Origin: an uncultured Desulfohalobiaceae bacterium | GTDB lineage: Bacteria > Desulfobacterota > Desulfovibrionia > Desulfovibrionales > Desulfothermaceae | Reading direction: 5' to 3' | Assembly: GCA_964403955.1 (NCBI GenBank) | Contig: CAYOID010000006.1 | Location: forward strand, 3,867 to 67,866 | DNA: 64,000 nucleotides | Shown here: piece by piece, positions 15,905 to 25,007 of the stretch | Layout of the letters: the number at the start of each line of letters is the position of its first letter | How positions within the stretch are numbered: the stretch's first letter is position 1 | Translations under genes and position numbers: made by a program | Notes under the pieces: generated by a model | Seen by the model: only the letters and a program-made list of their open reading frames with translations | The model's database searches: none | What the model was told of the DNA's origin: nothing

Positions 15905-16056
15905 CAATTCAGCTTTGCCTCTGGCCTGGCTGATGGCCGAGGGTTGAGGGTGGATGGTCGAGGGAAGAAAAGATTCCCGACTTGCCGAAAAAAGCGTCGC
16001 TTCGGCCAGTTTGATCAAAGAAGAAACTTAACTCCAAAATCAAGTTTCATACGAGG
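15905..16056 (+). repeat. modular intergenic repeat (modules H-P-D-C), short form
   Basis: Modules: H = CAGCTTTGCCTCTGGCCTGGCTG; P = GGTTGAGGGTGGATGGTCGAGGG; D = GCCAGTTTGATCAAAGAAGAAACTT; C = AAGTTTCATACGAG. Related copies are at 20085-20315, 21680-22190, 34035-34240, 45825-46100 and 47431-47541. Confidence 0.75.
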
Positions 16057-16148
16057 AATGACTCGATGGAGCATGGCAAGGCGTAGAGGTCCACCTTGCG
16101 TGCTGTCGTGGCCCATGACCTGTCCTGTCCAGAGCCCACTGTCGCTAA

Positions 16149-16164
16149 TGCGAATGCATTTGCA
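16149..16164. promoter_or_regulatory. near-palindrome TGCGAATGCATTTGCA (candidate Fur/Zur-type box)
   Basis: It is a 14/16 palindrome in the divergent znuA / Fur-family intergenic region, about 95 nt upstream of the Fur-family start. Confidence 0.3.
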
Positions 16165-16260
16165 ATAATAGGCTTCGGTAAGACCCCTTGTCAAGTTTCA
16201 TGCGATACTGCTTGCAATACAAAAAGGCGACAACTAAGCTCTTGACAAGGGAGGCAAACC

Positions 16261-16635
16261 TTGAGGCGCAAAACGACCCAGAGAATGGCCATAGAGCAGG
16301 CCTTCAGGCAGCATGAGAGGCCTTTGGGAGTGGACGAGGTTCTCGAATATGGCCGCAAGCTCGTGAAGTCTCTCAACAAGGCAACGGTCTATCGGAACAT
16401 CAAGATTCTCATCGACGACGGGTGGTTGGAACGTGTGTCCCATCCGTCTCTCGGGGCTTTGTATGAACGAACCGGGAAGGGGCATCACCACCACTTTCAC
16501 TGCCGCAGGTGCGACCGGACCTTTGAACTCCCTGGTTGTGCCCTCAGGGAAGATGAAGCAGCCCCTGAAGGGTTTGTTGTGGAAGACCACGAAATTTTCC
16601 TCTTCGGTGTTTGCCCGTCGTGCAGGGGGATGTGA
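16261..16635 (+). CDS. Fur-family transcriptional regulator (Zur-like by context)
   Basis: ORF track, 124 aa. It uses a TTG start with a GGGAGG RBS. The motifs [11 protein letters not shown]...[16 protein letters not shown]...FGVCPSC fit the Fur family. It is divergent from znuA. Confidence 0.85.
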   Translation: MRRKTTQRMAIEQAFRQHERPLGVDEVLEYGRKLVKSLNKATVYRNIKILIDDGWLERVSHPSLGALYERTGKGHHHHFHCRRCDRTFELPGCALREDEAAPEGFVVEDHEIFLFGVCPSCRGM

Positions 16636-16740
16636 CCACGACTTCTCGGTTTCGCCAAAGCCCTTCCCGAAGGCCATTCCCAGGGACCCTGACCGGAACA
16701 GGAGGGAAGATCCCGCCGGCTTCCACGTCGAGCATGACTT

Positions 16741-17124
16741 TCAGAGACCCTTCACTTTTTGTCGAAGGAAAGAGAAGAAACGTTTCCAATCCTGGATACA
16801 GAGCGAAAAAAAAGCTCCCACAGTTCCTGCAGAGGCCAGACCGACAGGGCATCCGGACTGTCCACAGAACGGGCAGACAGCAAAGACGGAGTAGAGTCCG
16901 GAAAAGCCAAGCCACCAGCCCAGGAAACGAAAGACGTGCCCGAACGGCGACATCTTGCTCCGGGAACCTTCCGGCTCGATCTTTTCGAGTGCCTGATCAT
17001 TCTTCATGACAGGCCCTGCTCTTCCCTGGTCGTCGTGCTCTTCGATGGCCTCGACGATGTCCTCCAGATCCCGGCCGGGATCATCGGCCATGAACTCCGA
17101 GGTTGTTGACGATTTTTGCAGCAT
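16741..17124 (-). CDS. small membrane protein with CPFCGQSGCP motif
   Basis: ORF track, 127 aa. It has an acidic N-terminal half, then two hydrophobic segments flanking CPFCGQSGCP. It is the last gene after the ABC importer. The start is uncertain (17124 or 17091). Confidence 0.45.
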   Translation of the reverse strand: MLQKSSTTSEFMADDPGRDLEDIVEAIEEHDDQGRAGPVMKNDQALEKIEPEGSRSKMSPFGHVFRFLGWWLGFSGLYSVFAVCPFCGQSGCPVGLASAGTVGAFFSLCIQDWKRFFSFLRQKVKGL

Positions 17125-17296
17125 GAGCTTTGAGACCGCTGCTCGGCTTGCTTGGCGTTGACACGTTCACGTTATCTCATCCTGGCCGGACGGGCAAAAG
17201 CTGTCATGTCCATTCCATGGTCGAGCTGCCTGTCATCACCCGAGACGTCCCCCTGGCTCCTCCTGCTTCAACCCCCCACCCTCGACCCTCGACCCG

Positions 17297-18091
17297 TCAG
17301 CTGTACCTTCCTGGAACGGTCATGATTCTGGGCAGTCCGTCAAAGGGGCTCTCATCCACGAGCATCAGGCATCCAAAGGCTTTCTCCAGGATCTCGAAAG
17401 TCAGGACCTCCTGCGGTCTCCCCAGGGCAGCAGCACCCCCCTCACTGAGCAAGAGGATCCGGTCCGCATACAGAGAGGCCACGTTCAGGTCATGGACCAC
17501 CATGACCACCGTCAAGTCCTCGTCCCTGTTCAGACCCTCCAGCAGATCCATGATCCTGACCTGGTGAGCCAGATCCAGGGAGGATATAGGCTCGTCCAGA
17601 ATCAGAATCTCCGGCTGCTGGCACAGGGCCCTGGCGATGAGCACCCGCTGCTGCTCGCCTCCGCTGAGCTGACTCATGTTGCGGTCCTGGAGATGGTCTA
17701 CCCCGGTCACCTCCATGGACCTGGCTGCCATCTCGCGATCCACCCGGCTTTCCATGCCCAGCAGCCCCTGAAAAGGGTATCGGCCCATGAGCACGGTCTC
17801 GAATATGGTGAACTCGGTCTGGAGATTGACCTGCTGGGGGACCACGGCCATCTTTCTGGCCAGGCTGCGCCGGGTGAACGAGGCCATCTCCCGGCCAAGG
17901 ACCTGCACCTTCCCCGTCCTGGGCTTTTCCAGACCGGAAAGGCACTTGACCAGGCTCGTCTTTCCGGAGCCGTTGGGGCCGATGATGATGAAGAACTCCC
18001 CCCTGGAAACAGAAAAGCTCAGGTTCTCAAAGACCTGGACCTGGTCGTAGGCAAAGGCCAGCTCGTGGATGCAGAGGGCAGAATCAGTCAT
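17297..18091 (-). CDS. ABC transporter ATP-binding protein (FepC/BtuD/HmuV type)
   Basis: It carries Walker A GPNGSGKT, the signature LSGGEQQR, and Walker B ILILDEP. It overlaps the permease stop by 4 nt. Confidence 0.92.
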   Translation of the reverse strand: MTDSALCIHELAFAYDQVQVFENLSFSVSRGEFFIIIGPNGSGKTSLVKCLSGLEKPRTGKVQVLGREMASFTRRSLARKMAVVPQQVNLQTEFTIFETVLMGRYPFQGLLGMESRVDREMAARSMEVTGVDHLQDRNMSQLSGGEQQRVLIARALCQQPEILILDEPISSLDLAHQVRIMDLLEGLNRDEDLTVVMVVHDLNVASLYADRILLLSEGGAAALGRPQEVLTFEILEKAFGCLMLVDESPFDGLPRIMTVPGRYS

Positions 18092-19086
18092 GAGGACCGC
18101 GACAGGAGATAGACGAACAAGGGGGCCCCGATCAGGGCCGTGACCACGCCCACCGGCATCTCACCCTGGGAGGGCAGGGTCCTGGCCAGCAGGTCGCAGC
18201 CGGTCATGAAGGCCGCACCGCCCAGGATGCAGCCCGGGACCAGGACCCGGTGGTCCGGGCCCATGATCAGGCGCAGGATATGGGGAATGACCAGACCGAC
18301 GAACCCCACCAGGCCCACCAGGCAGACCGTCCCGCTGACGATGAGCGAGCTCACCCCGAGCAGGGTCAGGGTCACGGCCCTGACGTTGACTCCCAGGCTC
18401 GAAGCCGTGTCCTTGCCCATCTGGAGCAGGTTCATGGGTCTGGCAAAGACCCCGATGAGCACCAGGCTGGGGATCAGCAGGACGAACAGGCCCAGCACAT
18501 GGACCCTCTGGGTGTTGGACAGGTCGCCCATGAGCCAGAACAAGGCCTGCTGGAGCTTGGTGTGGGTGGAGACAGACAGCAGAAAGACGATGATCGCCGA
18601 GCAGAAGGCATTGACCATGACCCCGGCCAGGAGCAGGCTGTTCTCCCGAAGCAGCCGGCGCCCGGAGGACAGGATGACCACCAGTGCCAGGGTGGACATG
18701 CTCCCGGCAAAGGACAGCAGGGTCACACCGGGAAAGAAGGCCAGCCCGAGCATCATGCCCAGGACCGCCCCCACCGAGGCCCCGCCGGAGATGCCCAGGA
18801 TGTAGGGCTCGGCCAGAGGGTTGCGCAGCAGGGCCTGGAACACCAGGCCGGAGACGCTCAGGGCCGCCCCCACGCAGGCGGCGAGCACCACCCGCGGGAA
18901 CCGGATCTCCCAGATGATGGTCTTCAAGACCCCGTCGCCGCCCCTGGAGCCGGTCAGGGTCGAAAACACCTCCCCAATCTGGAAGCCGGTGGACCCGGCC
19001 CCGATGCCCAGGAACATGAGCCCAGCCAGAAGCAGGATGAGCACCGCGACCATTGTGGCCACTCTGGTCAGCCTGGCCGGATCCAT
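18088..19086 (-). CDS. FecCD/BtuC-family ABC permease
   Basis: ORF track, 332 aa. It is a polytopic protein with ...AEPYILGISGGASVGAV... and ends ...GAPLFVYLL. Confidence 0.92.
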   Translation of the reverse strand: MDPARLTRVATMVAVLILLLAGLMFLGIGAGSTGFQIGEVFSTLTGSRGGDGVLKTIIWEIRFPRVVLAACVGAALSVSGLVFQALLRNPLAEPYILGISGGASVGAVLGMMLGLAFFPGVTLLSFAGSMSTLALVVILSSGRRLLRENSLLLAGVMVNAFCSAIIVFLLSVSTHTKLQQALFWLMGDLSNTQRVHVLGLFVLLIPSLVLIGVFARPMNLLQMGKDTASSLGVNVRAVTLTLLGVSSLIVSGTVCLVGLVGFVGLVIPHILRLIMGPDHRVLVPGCILGGAAFMTGCDLLARTLPSQGEMPVGVVTALIGAPLFVYLLSRSS

Positions 19087-19087
19087 T

Positions 19088-20059
19088 CTACTCCACCCCA
19101 GAGGATGCCTTGACGCTTTCCGGCTCCAGGAGCAGGTCGGCCAGAACCTGCAGACCTTTGATCAGCCGGGGCGAAGCCCGGTTGAAGACGTCGGAGTTGA
19201 CCGCAAAGATTCGATCCTGCTTGACCGCCTCGATCTGCGGATACCGCTTCCACATCTCGATGGTCTCCTGGAGCAGGGCATCGTCCCTGGTCATGGAGTT
19301 GATGACGATGATGTCCGGGTTGAGGACCAGGACGTCTTCCCTGGAAAAGCGCGGGTAGTCCCTGGGCCCGGCGGCCAGATTCACTCCCCCGGCCATGGTG
19401 ATGAGCTCGTGCACAAAGGTGTTGCTGCCCACGGACACGATGGGCGAGATCCCGATCTGGAAAAAGACCCGGGGCCTGTTCCTTGATGCCCGGACCCGCT
19501 CTCGGACGGTCTCGATCTTCTGCTGCATATCGGCCACCACCTTTGAGGCCTTGCCCTCGCACTCCAGCATCCAGCCCAGTTTGGCAATGGTCTGCATCAC
19601 CGCTTCGAGATTTCTGGGGTCCAGGGCATAGACCGACACGTCCAGGTCCTCGAGCTGACGGATGACCTTGACCGGGTTGCCATCCTTGGTGGCCAGGCAC
19701 AAGTCGGGCTCGAGGGCCACAATCTTTTCCAGGTCGAGTTGAATGTATGAGCCGACCTTGGGCAGCTTTTTGGCCTCGAGGGGGTGGTCGCTGTACCTGG
19801 TCACCCCGACCACCCGGTGCCCCTGCTCCAGGGCGAACAGGCACTCGGTCAGGCTCGGGGCCAGGGCCACGATCCTCTCCGGATATTCGGGAATCTGAAC
19901 CTGACGGCCGAGCTGGTCCACGATCGTCCGGGCCTGAGCAGGCTGGAACCAGACCAGGGTGGCGAGGATCGTCAGCATCGCTGCCAGCGTCAAGGCGAAC
20001 CCAAAAAGGTGGTTGCTCACACACAATGTTCTTTGTGGGAATGGCATGGTCTTCGTCAC
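19088..20059 (-). CDS. periplasmic binding protein, BtuF-like (cobalamin/iron-complex type)
   Basis: The motifs RIVALAPSLTECLFALEQGHRVVGVTRYSDHP...LEPDLCLA fit this class. The start is uncertain (GTG at 20059 or ATG at 20047). Confidence 0.85.
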   Translation of the reverse strand: MTKTMPFPQRTLCVSNHLFGFALTLAAMLTILATLVWFQPAQARTIVDQLGRQVQIPEYPERIVALAPSLTECLFALEQGHRVVGVTRYSDHPLEAKKLPKVGSYIQLDLEKIVALEPDLCLATKDGNPVKVIRQLEDLDVSVYALDPRNLEAVMQTIAKLGWMLECEGKASKVVADMQQKIETVRERVRASRNRPRVFFQIGISPIVSVGSNTFVHELITMAGGVNLAAGPRDYPRFSREDVLVLNPDIIVINSMTRDDALLQETIEMWKRYPQIEAVKQDRIFAVNSDVFNRASPRLIKGLQVLADLLLEPESVKASSGVE

Positions 20060-20084
20060 CCGGATTAAGGTTCCTTTTCATATC

Positions 20085-20315
20085 AGGATTCAGCGCTGCC
20101 TCTGGCAGCGCTGAATTTATCTCTTTGATTTTAAGAGTAAAACTCAAGCACTCGGTTGAGTGCTCCAGCTCAATCTTTGCCAGTTTGATCTGGGAAGAAA
20201 CTTTTCAAGCTGGCTCCTCTTACTGCTCCCCTGTACTCAGGGGAGCTGCCCGCAGGGCTGAGGGGTTCTTCTTGCCGAAGTTTCATACGAGCCCTGCCGC
20301 TGGCAAAGCTGAAAA
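20085..20315 (+). repeat. modular intergenic repeat, long form (H-D-insert-C-H')
   Basis: Modules: H = CAGCGCTGCCTCTGGCAGCGCTG (20090-20112); D at 20179-20203; an insert with hairpin GCTCCCCTG-TACT-CAGGGGAGC; C at 20278-20291. It is about 80% identical to the reverse complement of 34035-34240. Confidence 0.8.
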
Positions 20316-20467
20316 TGTTGATGCCTCTTCAGCCGCGTTTCTCCGATCCAGTTTTGCATGAGGCAAAAATGGATGTTGAGCTCAGAACCGGACGGTCGCC
20401 CAGGTCATGTCCGGCCACCCCTCCCCAGGGTGGGGCAGGGGTGGTTGTCTTTCGTCCCGCTCACGTA

Positions 20468-21184
20468 TCAGCGTTGCAGGCGGAACCGGATCGGGACCCT
20501 GATTCTGGTGGTCACGGCCTGTCCCCGGATCTCCCCGGGGCTGAACCGCCATTTTCGGACCGCATCCTTGGCACTCTCCTCAAACACTCCTTGGGGGGCG
20601 GCCGAGACCACGGTGATTTCCTCGACCCTCCCGTCAGGATTGACCAGGAATTCAAGCATGACCTGACCCTCGATGTTCCTCCGCCTGGCCTTGAAGGGAT
20701 AGACCGGATCGATCCTTCTGACCAGGGAAGGCCGCTTATCCACCTCTCCCAGGGCATAGGCCCCGGACTTGAGTTCCGGGGTTTGAGGCTGGGCGGCCGT
20801 TTGCCGGACAGCAGCTGTCCGGGGTTTGTCAATCCTGATCGAGGAGGGGTTCACATCCGGCTTCCGGACCTCGAGCTCCAGGGGGTCGATTTCAAGCTCC
20901 GGCTGATGACTGACCCTGGGCACTTCTTGAAAAAGAGACATCTCAGGCATGAGACGCTCAGGGACAGGAGTCTCCCTGGTCTGACTCTCTTCCTGCCGGC
21001 GATGGTCTCTTTCCATCACTGAAGGATCGGCATAGGCCACTCTGGTCGGCGTGGACACCTTCACCGGATGCTCGCGGGACTCCCGAACCTGGGTGAGCCA
21101 GGGCAGAATGATGAAGAACACGGCGTTGATCATCAGGGCCAGCCCGAGGATGAGCCCATTTCGACCCAGTTTCTGCATGGTCAT
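20468..21184 (-). CDS. tonB: energy transducer TonB
   Basis: ORF track, 238 aa. It has an N-terminal TM anchor, a Pro/Glu-rich linker, and the C-terminal domain PVYPFKARRRNIEGQVMLEFLVNPDGRV. Confidence 0.88.
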   Translation of the reverse strand: MTMQKLGRNGLILGLALMINAVFFIILPWLTQVRESREHPVKVSTPTRVAYADPSVMERDHRRQEESQTRETPVPERLMPEMSLFQEVPRVSHQPELEIDPLELEVRKPDVNPSSIRIDKPRTAAVRQTAAQPQTPELKSGAYALGEVDKRPSLVRRIDPVYPFKARRRNIEGQVMLEFLVNPDGRVEEITVVSAAPQGVFEESAKDAVRKWRFSPGEIRGQAVTTRIRVPIRFRLQR

Positions 21185-21243
21185 AAACTTTCAGTCCGGC
21201 CTCTGGACGATCTGCTGCCCGACACCTGGAACCTCTGCCATCC

Positions 21244-21660
21244 TCACCTTCCCGGCTGCCGGGCGGCAACGCTCACATCGCTCACCCCGGCCAGCCGGCA
21301 TCCGTCCAGGACCTGAATCACTTTTCCGGAACGGCTGTTTCGATCCGCGGCAATGACCACCGAAGGGTTGGGATTTTCCATCATGATCCTTTCCATGGCT
21401 CCCTGGACATGACGGACGTCGATGGGCTTGCCTTCCATGTAGACCACATTGTCTTCCGTCACGCTGATGATCACGTTGGTCTGCTCCTTGACCTGGGCCG
21501 ACCTGGCCTCCGCCCGCCGGACCTCCACCCCTGATTCCTTGACAAAGCTCGTGGTCACCAGAAAGAAGATGAGCAGGATGAAGATCATGTCGATCAGGGG
21601 GGCGATGTTCAGCTCCACGCTCCCCCTGTTCTTCTTCCGGCTGTATCTGAGGCTATCCAT
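21244..21660 (-). CDS. exbD: biopolymer transporter ExbD
   Basis: ORF track, 138 aa, containing ELNIAPLIDMIFILLIFFLV... Confidence 0.9.
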   Translation of the reverse strand: MDSLRYSRKKNRGSVELNIAPLIDMIFILLIFFLVTTSFVKESGVEVRRAEARSAQVKEQTNVIISVTEDNVVYMEGKPIDVRHVQGAMERIMMENPNPSVVIAADRNSRSGKVIQVLDGCRLAGVSDVSVAARQPGR

Positions 21661-21679
21661 ATGAACTCAATCACTCTGT

Positions 21680-22190
21680 CCAGGATTCAGCGCTGCCGCT
21701 GGCAGCGCTGAATCCTCTCTTTTTGATTTAAACAGATATATGCGCATTCATACTGTCACTGGCTCTGGGTTGGAAGCTGCCAGTTTGATCAGGAGGAACC
21801 TCTGTGGATACACTTCACGTGCAGCCCTTCTTCCTCGCATGAAACTTCAGCCCTTTCGTTGTCGTCTCCGTTGTCGAAGGATGAAGTCGTTGAAAGGCTT
21901 TCATTCCTTGCACTCGAGGCTAGCACGTTCTCTCTGGGCTGACTCTCCTCGCTTTAAAACCAGCAGGTCGTGATCGACAACGATAACGAAAACCGTTCAG
22001 CTCCAGCTGAACTGACAACGATTTCAAGATATGTCTTGGCCTTGGCCATCACAGCCATTGAGCTTTGGAGTTTTCTCCTGCTCAAAGTGGCCGAGTCGAA
22101 GCCCTTCCGACAACTCGGGGATCTTTTTTTCCCCTCAACCCTCCACCATCAACCCTCGACCATCAGCCCTGCCAGAGGCAAAGCTGAATT
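21680..22190. repeat. composite of two modular repeats in opposite orientation, filling the exbB-exbD spacer
   Basis: Modules in order: H 21688-21710, D 21779-21800, C(rc) 21834-21850, a long insert, D(rc)-like ~22068-22092, P 22131-22163, H(rc) 22164-22186. Confidence 0.7.
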
Positions 22191-22191
22191 C

Positions 22192-22776
22192 TCACTCCTT
22201 CAACTCCCGCACAGCCAGGAGACAGAACCGGTGCATGCGGTCTTTGAGCTCCTGACCCTTTTTGGCCATCAGGCTTCCAATGGCCAGACCAGGCACGGCC
22301 ACCAGGAGACCGGTCTGGGTGGAGATCAGGGCCTCGGAAATGCCCCCGGCCATGGCCCTGGCATTGCCGGTTCCAAATCCGGCAATGACCTCGAAGGTGG
22401 TGATCATCCCGCACACAGTCCCGAAAAGTCCCAGCAGGGGAGCTGCACCCGCGAGCAGCAGGATGGTCTGCAGAGAGTGGTCGATCCGAGCTTCAAGCCC
22501 CCTGGTCAGCTTCTTCAAGACACGGGCGTCAGGCGGAGCTGCATGGTCCGGCAAGGAACGCACCAGCTCCAGGATCTCTTCCTGCCATTCAGCCCCCCTG
22601 ATCTGCTCATGCACAAGGACGTGAACCGGTTTTTCCTTCCGACGCCAGGTCAGCAGCTCCAGGCCCTTGATGCCGATGAGCCACCACATCCAGATCGAGA
22701 GCGCCGCCAGTGGCCACATCACGGCTCCGCCCGCCGCCAGAAACTCCAGGCTTTGAATGATCAACACTTCAAGCAT
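22192..22776 (-). CDS. exbB: MotA/TolQ/ExbB proton-channel protein (ExbB)
   Basis: Internal start MLEVLIIQSLEFLAAGGAVMWPL... It overlaps the preceding stop by 8 nt and contains LLGLFGTVCGMI...AMAGGISEALISTQTGL. Confidence 0.88.
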   Translation of the reverse strand: MLEVLIIQSLEFLAAGGAVMWPLAALSIWMWWLIGIKGLELLTWRRKEKPVHVLVHEQIRGAEWQEEILELVRSLPDHAAPPDARVLKKLTRGLEARIDHSLQTILLLAGAAPLLGLFGTVCGMITTFEVIAGFGTGNARAMAGGISEALISTQTGLLVAVPGLAIGSLMAKKGQELKDRMHRFCLLAVRELKE

Positions 22777-24238
22777 GGTCTTCGTCGCGATCCTCAACCT
22801 GGCCTTTTTGCAGCAGCAGGAGGGAGAGCCTGGCCCCTTTCTCCTCGATGTCCCCAAGAATCTTCTCGATCCGGCGATCCAGGAGATGATGCAGGAACAT
22901 GATCGGCACGGCCACCATGAGCCCGGCCTGGGTGGTGATCAGGGCCTCGGAGATCCCGCCGGCCATGTGCTTGGCATCGCCCGTTCCAAAGATGGTGATG
23001 GTCTGAAACGTGGAGATCATCCCCGTCACCGTGCCCAGCAACCCCAGCAGAGGAGCGATGGCCGCCAGAACGCTCAGGGTGGGCAGAAATCGCTCCAGGC
23101 GGGGCAACAACTTGAGCATGGCCTCCTGCATGGCATTGTCCAGGATCTGCTTGCTCTGGCCGATGCACTCCAGCCCTCTGGCCATGACCTGGGAGGTTGG
23201 GGAATTGCGGTTGGCGCGGCAGAACTCCAGGCTTTCGCTCCACCTGTCTTCCTGAATGAGCGAGGTGATGGTCTGCATGATCCGGTCGGAGTTGGTCCTG
23301 ATGCGCAGGATGAAGAAGATCCGCTCCAGTCCGAGCAACAGGGCCAGGAGCCCGATACCGAAAATGGGCCAGATCAGGACGCCTCCGTCCTGGACCCACT
23401 CCATCCAGGTCTTTTCCCCGGCCAGACGCTGGAACACGGCCCCATGGGAAACATCCACAGGACCATGACCATCTTCGCCCCTGACATACGATCTGATATC
23501 CCTCTGGGTGAACCAGGACAGCTGGCCCGGGACCTGGCGCAGCATCCCGGAGTGGGGCCCCGGCTTGAGGAAACCGCACTCATCTTCCGTGCAGAACAGG
23601 GCCTCGGTACCCCCGACCCTGACAATCTCTCCCTGGGCTTCCTGGCCATCAGACAGGAGAAAAGATCCCTCATACCGGCGAATGTTTTCAGAGGCATTCA
23701 TGAGCTCAAAGGCCGAGTCCACAAGGGTGCGAATGTCCGCCATGCCTGGCATGGCATCCTGCCCGGACAGGGTGGCCAGGCTTTTCGCTTCTGTCTCCAG
23801 CCCTGGTCCGAAAGGGGCTTTTTGGAGCACCGACTGCACCCCCTTGACTCCGGCCAAAACAGTGCCCTGGACGGCATTGACATCGGCAAGCTCCTGCTTC
23901 AGATCGGAACGAAGGGACTGCTCCTGCTGTTCGAGTCCAGACAGCCTCTCCTGCTTGTCCTTAAGCCCGCTTTCGAGCCTGGCCACCGAGTCCTTCAGGG
24001 AGTTCAGCTCCTGCCGCAGCTCCTGCTCATCCCTGGATATGAGCTCCCGGGTCAGGGATACGCTCTCTCGGGTTTCTTGACTCAGGTGCCGGACCTCATC
24101 CCTGACCCCATTCCATGTCTCATTGCTCTGGGCCAAGCCAGGCAAAGGGCCGACGAACATCAGGCACAGGGCCAAACAGAAGGCCTGATGCAACAGGAGT
24201 CTTGGATCAACGGTCATCTGGAACATCCTCTTCCTCAC
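22769..24238 (-). CDS. long MotA/TolQ/ExbB-family protein with ~270-aa periplasmic coiled-coil N-domain (TtpC-like)
   Basis: ORF track, 489 aa. The C-terminus PLLGLLGTVTGMISTF...HMAGGISEALITTQAGL fits the family. The start is ambiguous (24238, 24226 or 24217). Confidence 0.85.
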   Translation of the reverse strand: MRKRMFQMTVDPRLLLHQAFCLALCLMFVGPLPGLAQSNETWNGVRDEVRHLSQETRESVSLTRELISRDEQELRQELNSLKDSVARLESGLKDKQERLSGLEQQEQSLRSDLKQELADVNAVQGTVLAGVKGVQSVLQKAPFGPGLETEAKSLATLSGQDAMPGMADIRTLVDSAFELMNASENIRRYEGSFLLSDGQEAQGEIVRVGGTEALFCTEDECGFLKPGPHSGMLRQVPGQLSWFTQRDIRSYVRGEDGHGPVDVSHGAVFQRLAGEKTWMEWVQDGGVLIWPIFGIGLLALLLGLERIFFILRIRTNSDRIMQTITSLIQEDRWSESLEFCRANRNSPTSQVMARGLECIGQSKQILDNAMQEAMLKLLPRLERFLPTLSVLAAIAPLLGLLGTVTGMISTFQTITIFGTGDAKHMAGGISEALITTQAGLMVAVPIMFLHHLLDRRIEKILGDIEEKGARLSLLLLQKGQVEDRDEDHA

Positions 24239-25007
24239 CGGACTCCGGCTTCCTCAGAGGGAGGAGAACCAGGTCTGCAGCTCGTTTCTGATCCACCATG
24301 TCCATGGTTGTCAGAATGGATCGGGCATCTTTGGCCGACAGCGAGCTCCAGGTTTGGGATTCTGGATTCCAGAGACCGGCCTGCTGACCGTCCGGGGTAA
24401 CGTAATACAAGGCCACCCGGCCCATCCGCAGCGTTCTGACCAGAGTTTCCTCCCCGTCCAGGGTCAGCTCGCGCTCCCTGACCTCAACGTCTGTTCCATA
24501 CCCGGCCTCGACCTGGAGGGCCTCCAGGACCCTCCGCAGCCTCTCGCTCATGTCCAGACCGTACTCCTGCAGCGACTGCTGCAGGAAATCAATCCGCTCT
24601 CGCCGCTCCTGAGGCAGAAAAGCGGGGGAGTCGCCGACACGCCTGTCCAGCCTGGCCACCACCCTTTCCAGGTAGGGCTCGAGCTCCATGCGCAGGGCCT
24701 TGACCTGGTTCACCCGGTCTTGAATTGCGGCAATGGCCTCCTTTTTCTGGTCGATGTAGCCCTGATGCTGCGTGTTCTGGTACTCCAGCCACTGTTTTTT
24801 CAACTTCAGATCGAGGATGTCATGCAGCAGAGCCTGTTTTTCCGCGCTCCACTCATCGACCTCCTTCTGCAGCTCGGCTTCCCCCTTCAGGGCCTGCTGC
24901 AAATCCTGCTGGACATCGTGAGGCTTCTGCCCGAAAGCTCGCAGAGCCATGAGCAGCACCAACACCATCCCCAGAAGCAAGGGCCAACCTCGGCGCACTG
25001 AGATCAT
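24207..25007 (-). CDS. DUF3450-domain protein (TtpB-like)
   Basis: ORF track, 266 aa. It has a signal anchor followed by a coiled coil, and an ATGA overlap with the TPR gene stop. Confidence 0.75.
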   Translation of the reverse strand: MISVRRGWPLLLGMVLVLLMALRAFGQKPHDVQQDLQQALKGEAELQKEVDEWSAEKQALLHDILDLKLKKQWLEYQNTQHQGYIDQKKEAIAAIQDRVNQVKALRMELEPYLERVVARLDRRVGDSPAFLPQERRERIDFLQQSLQEYGLDMSERLRRVLEALQVEAGYGTDVEVRERELTLDGEETLVRTLRMGRVALYYVTPDGQQAGLWNPESQTWSSLSAKDARSILTTMDMVDQKRAADLVLLPLRKPESGEEEDVPDDR

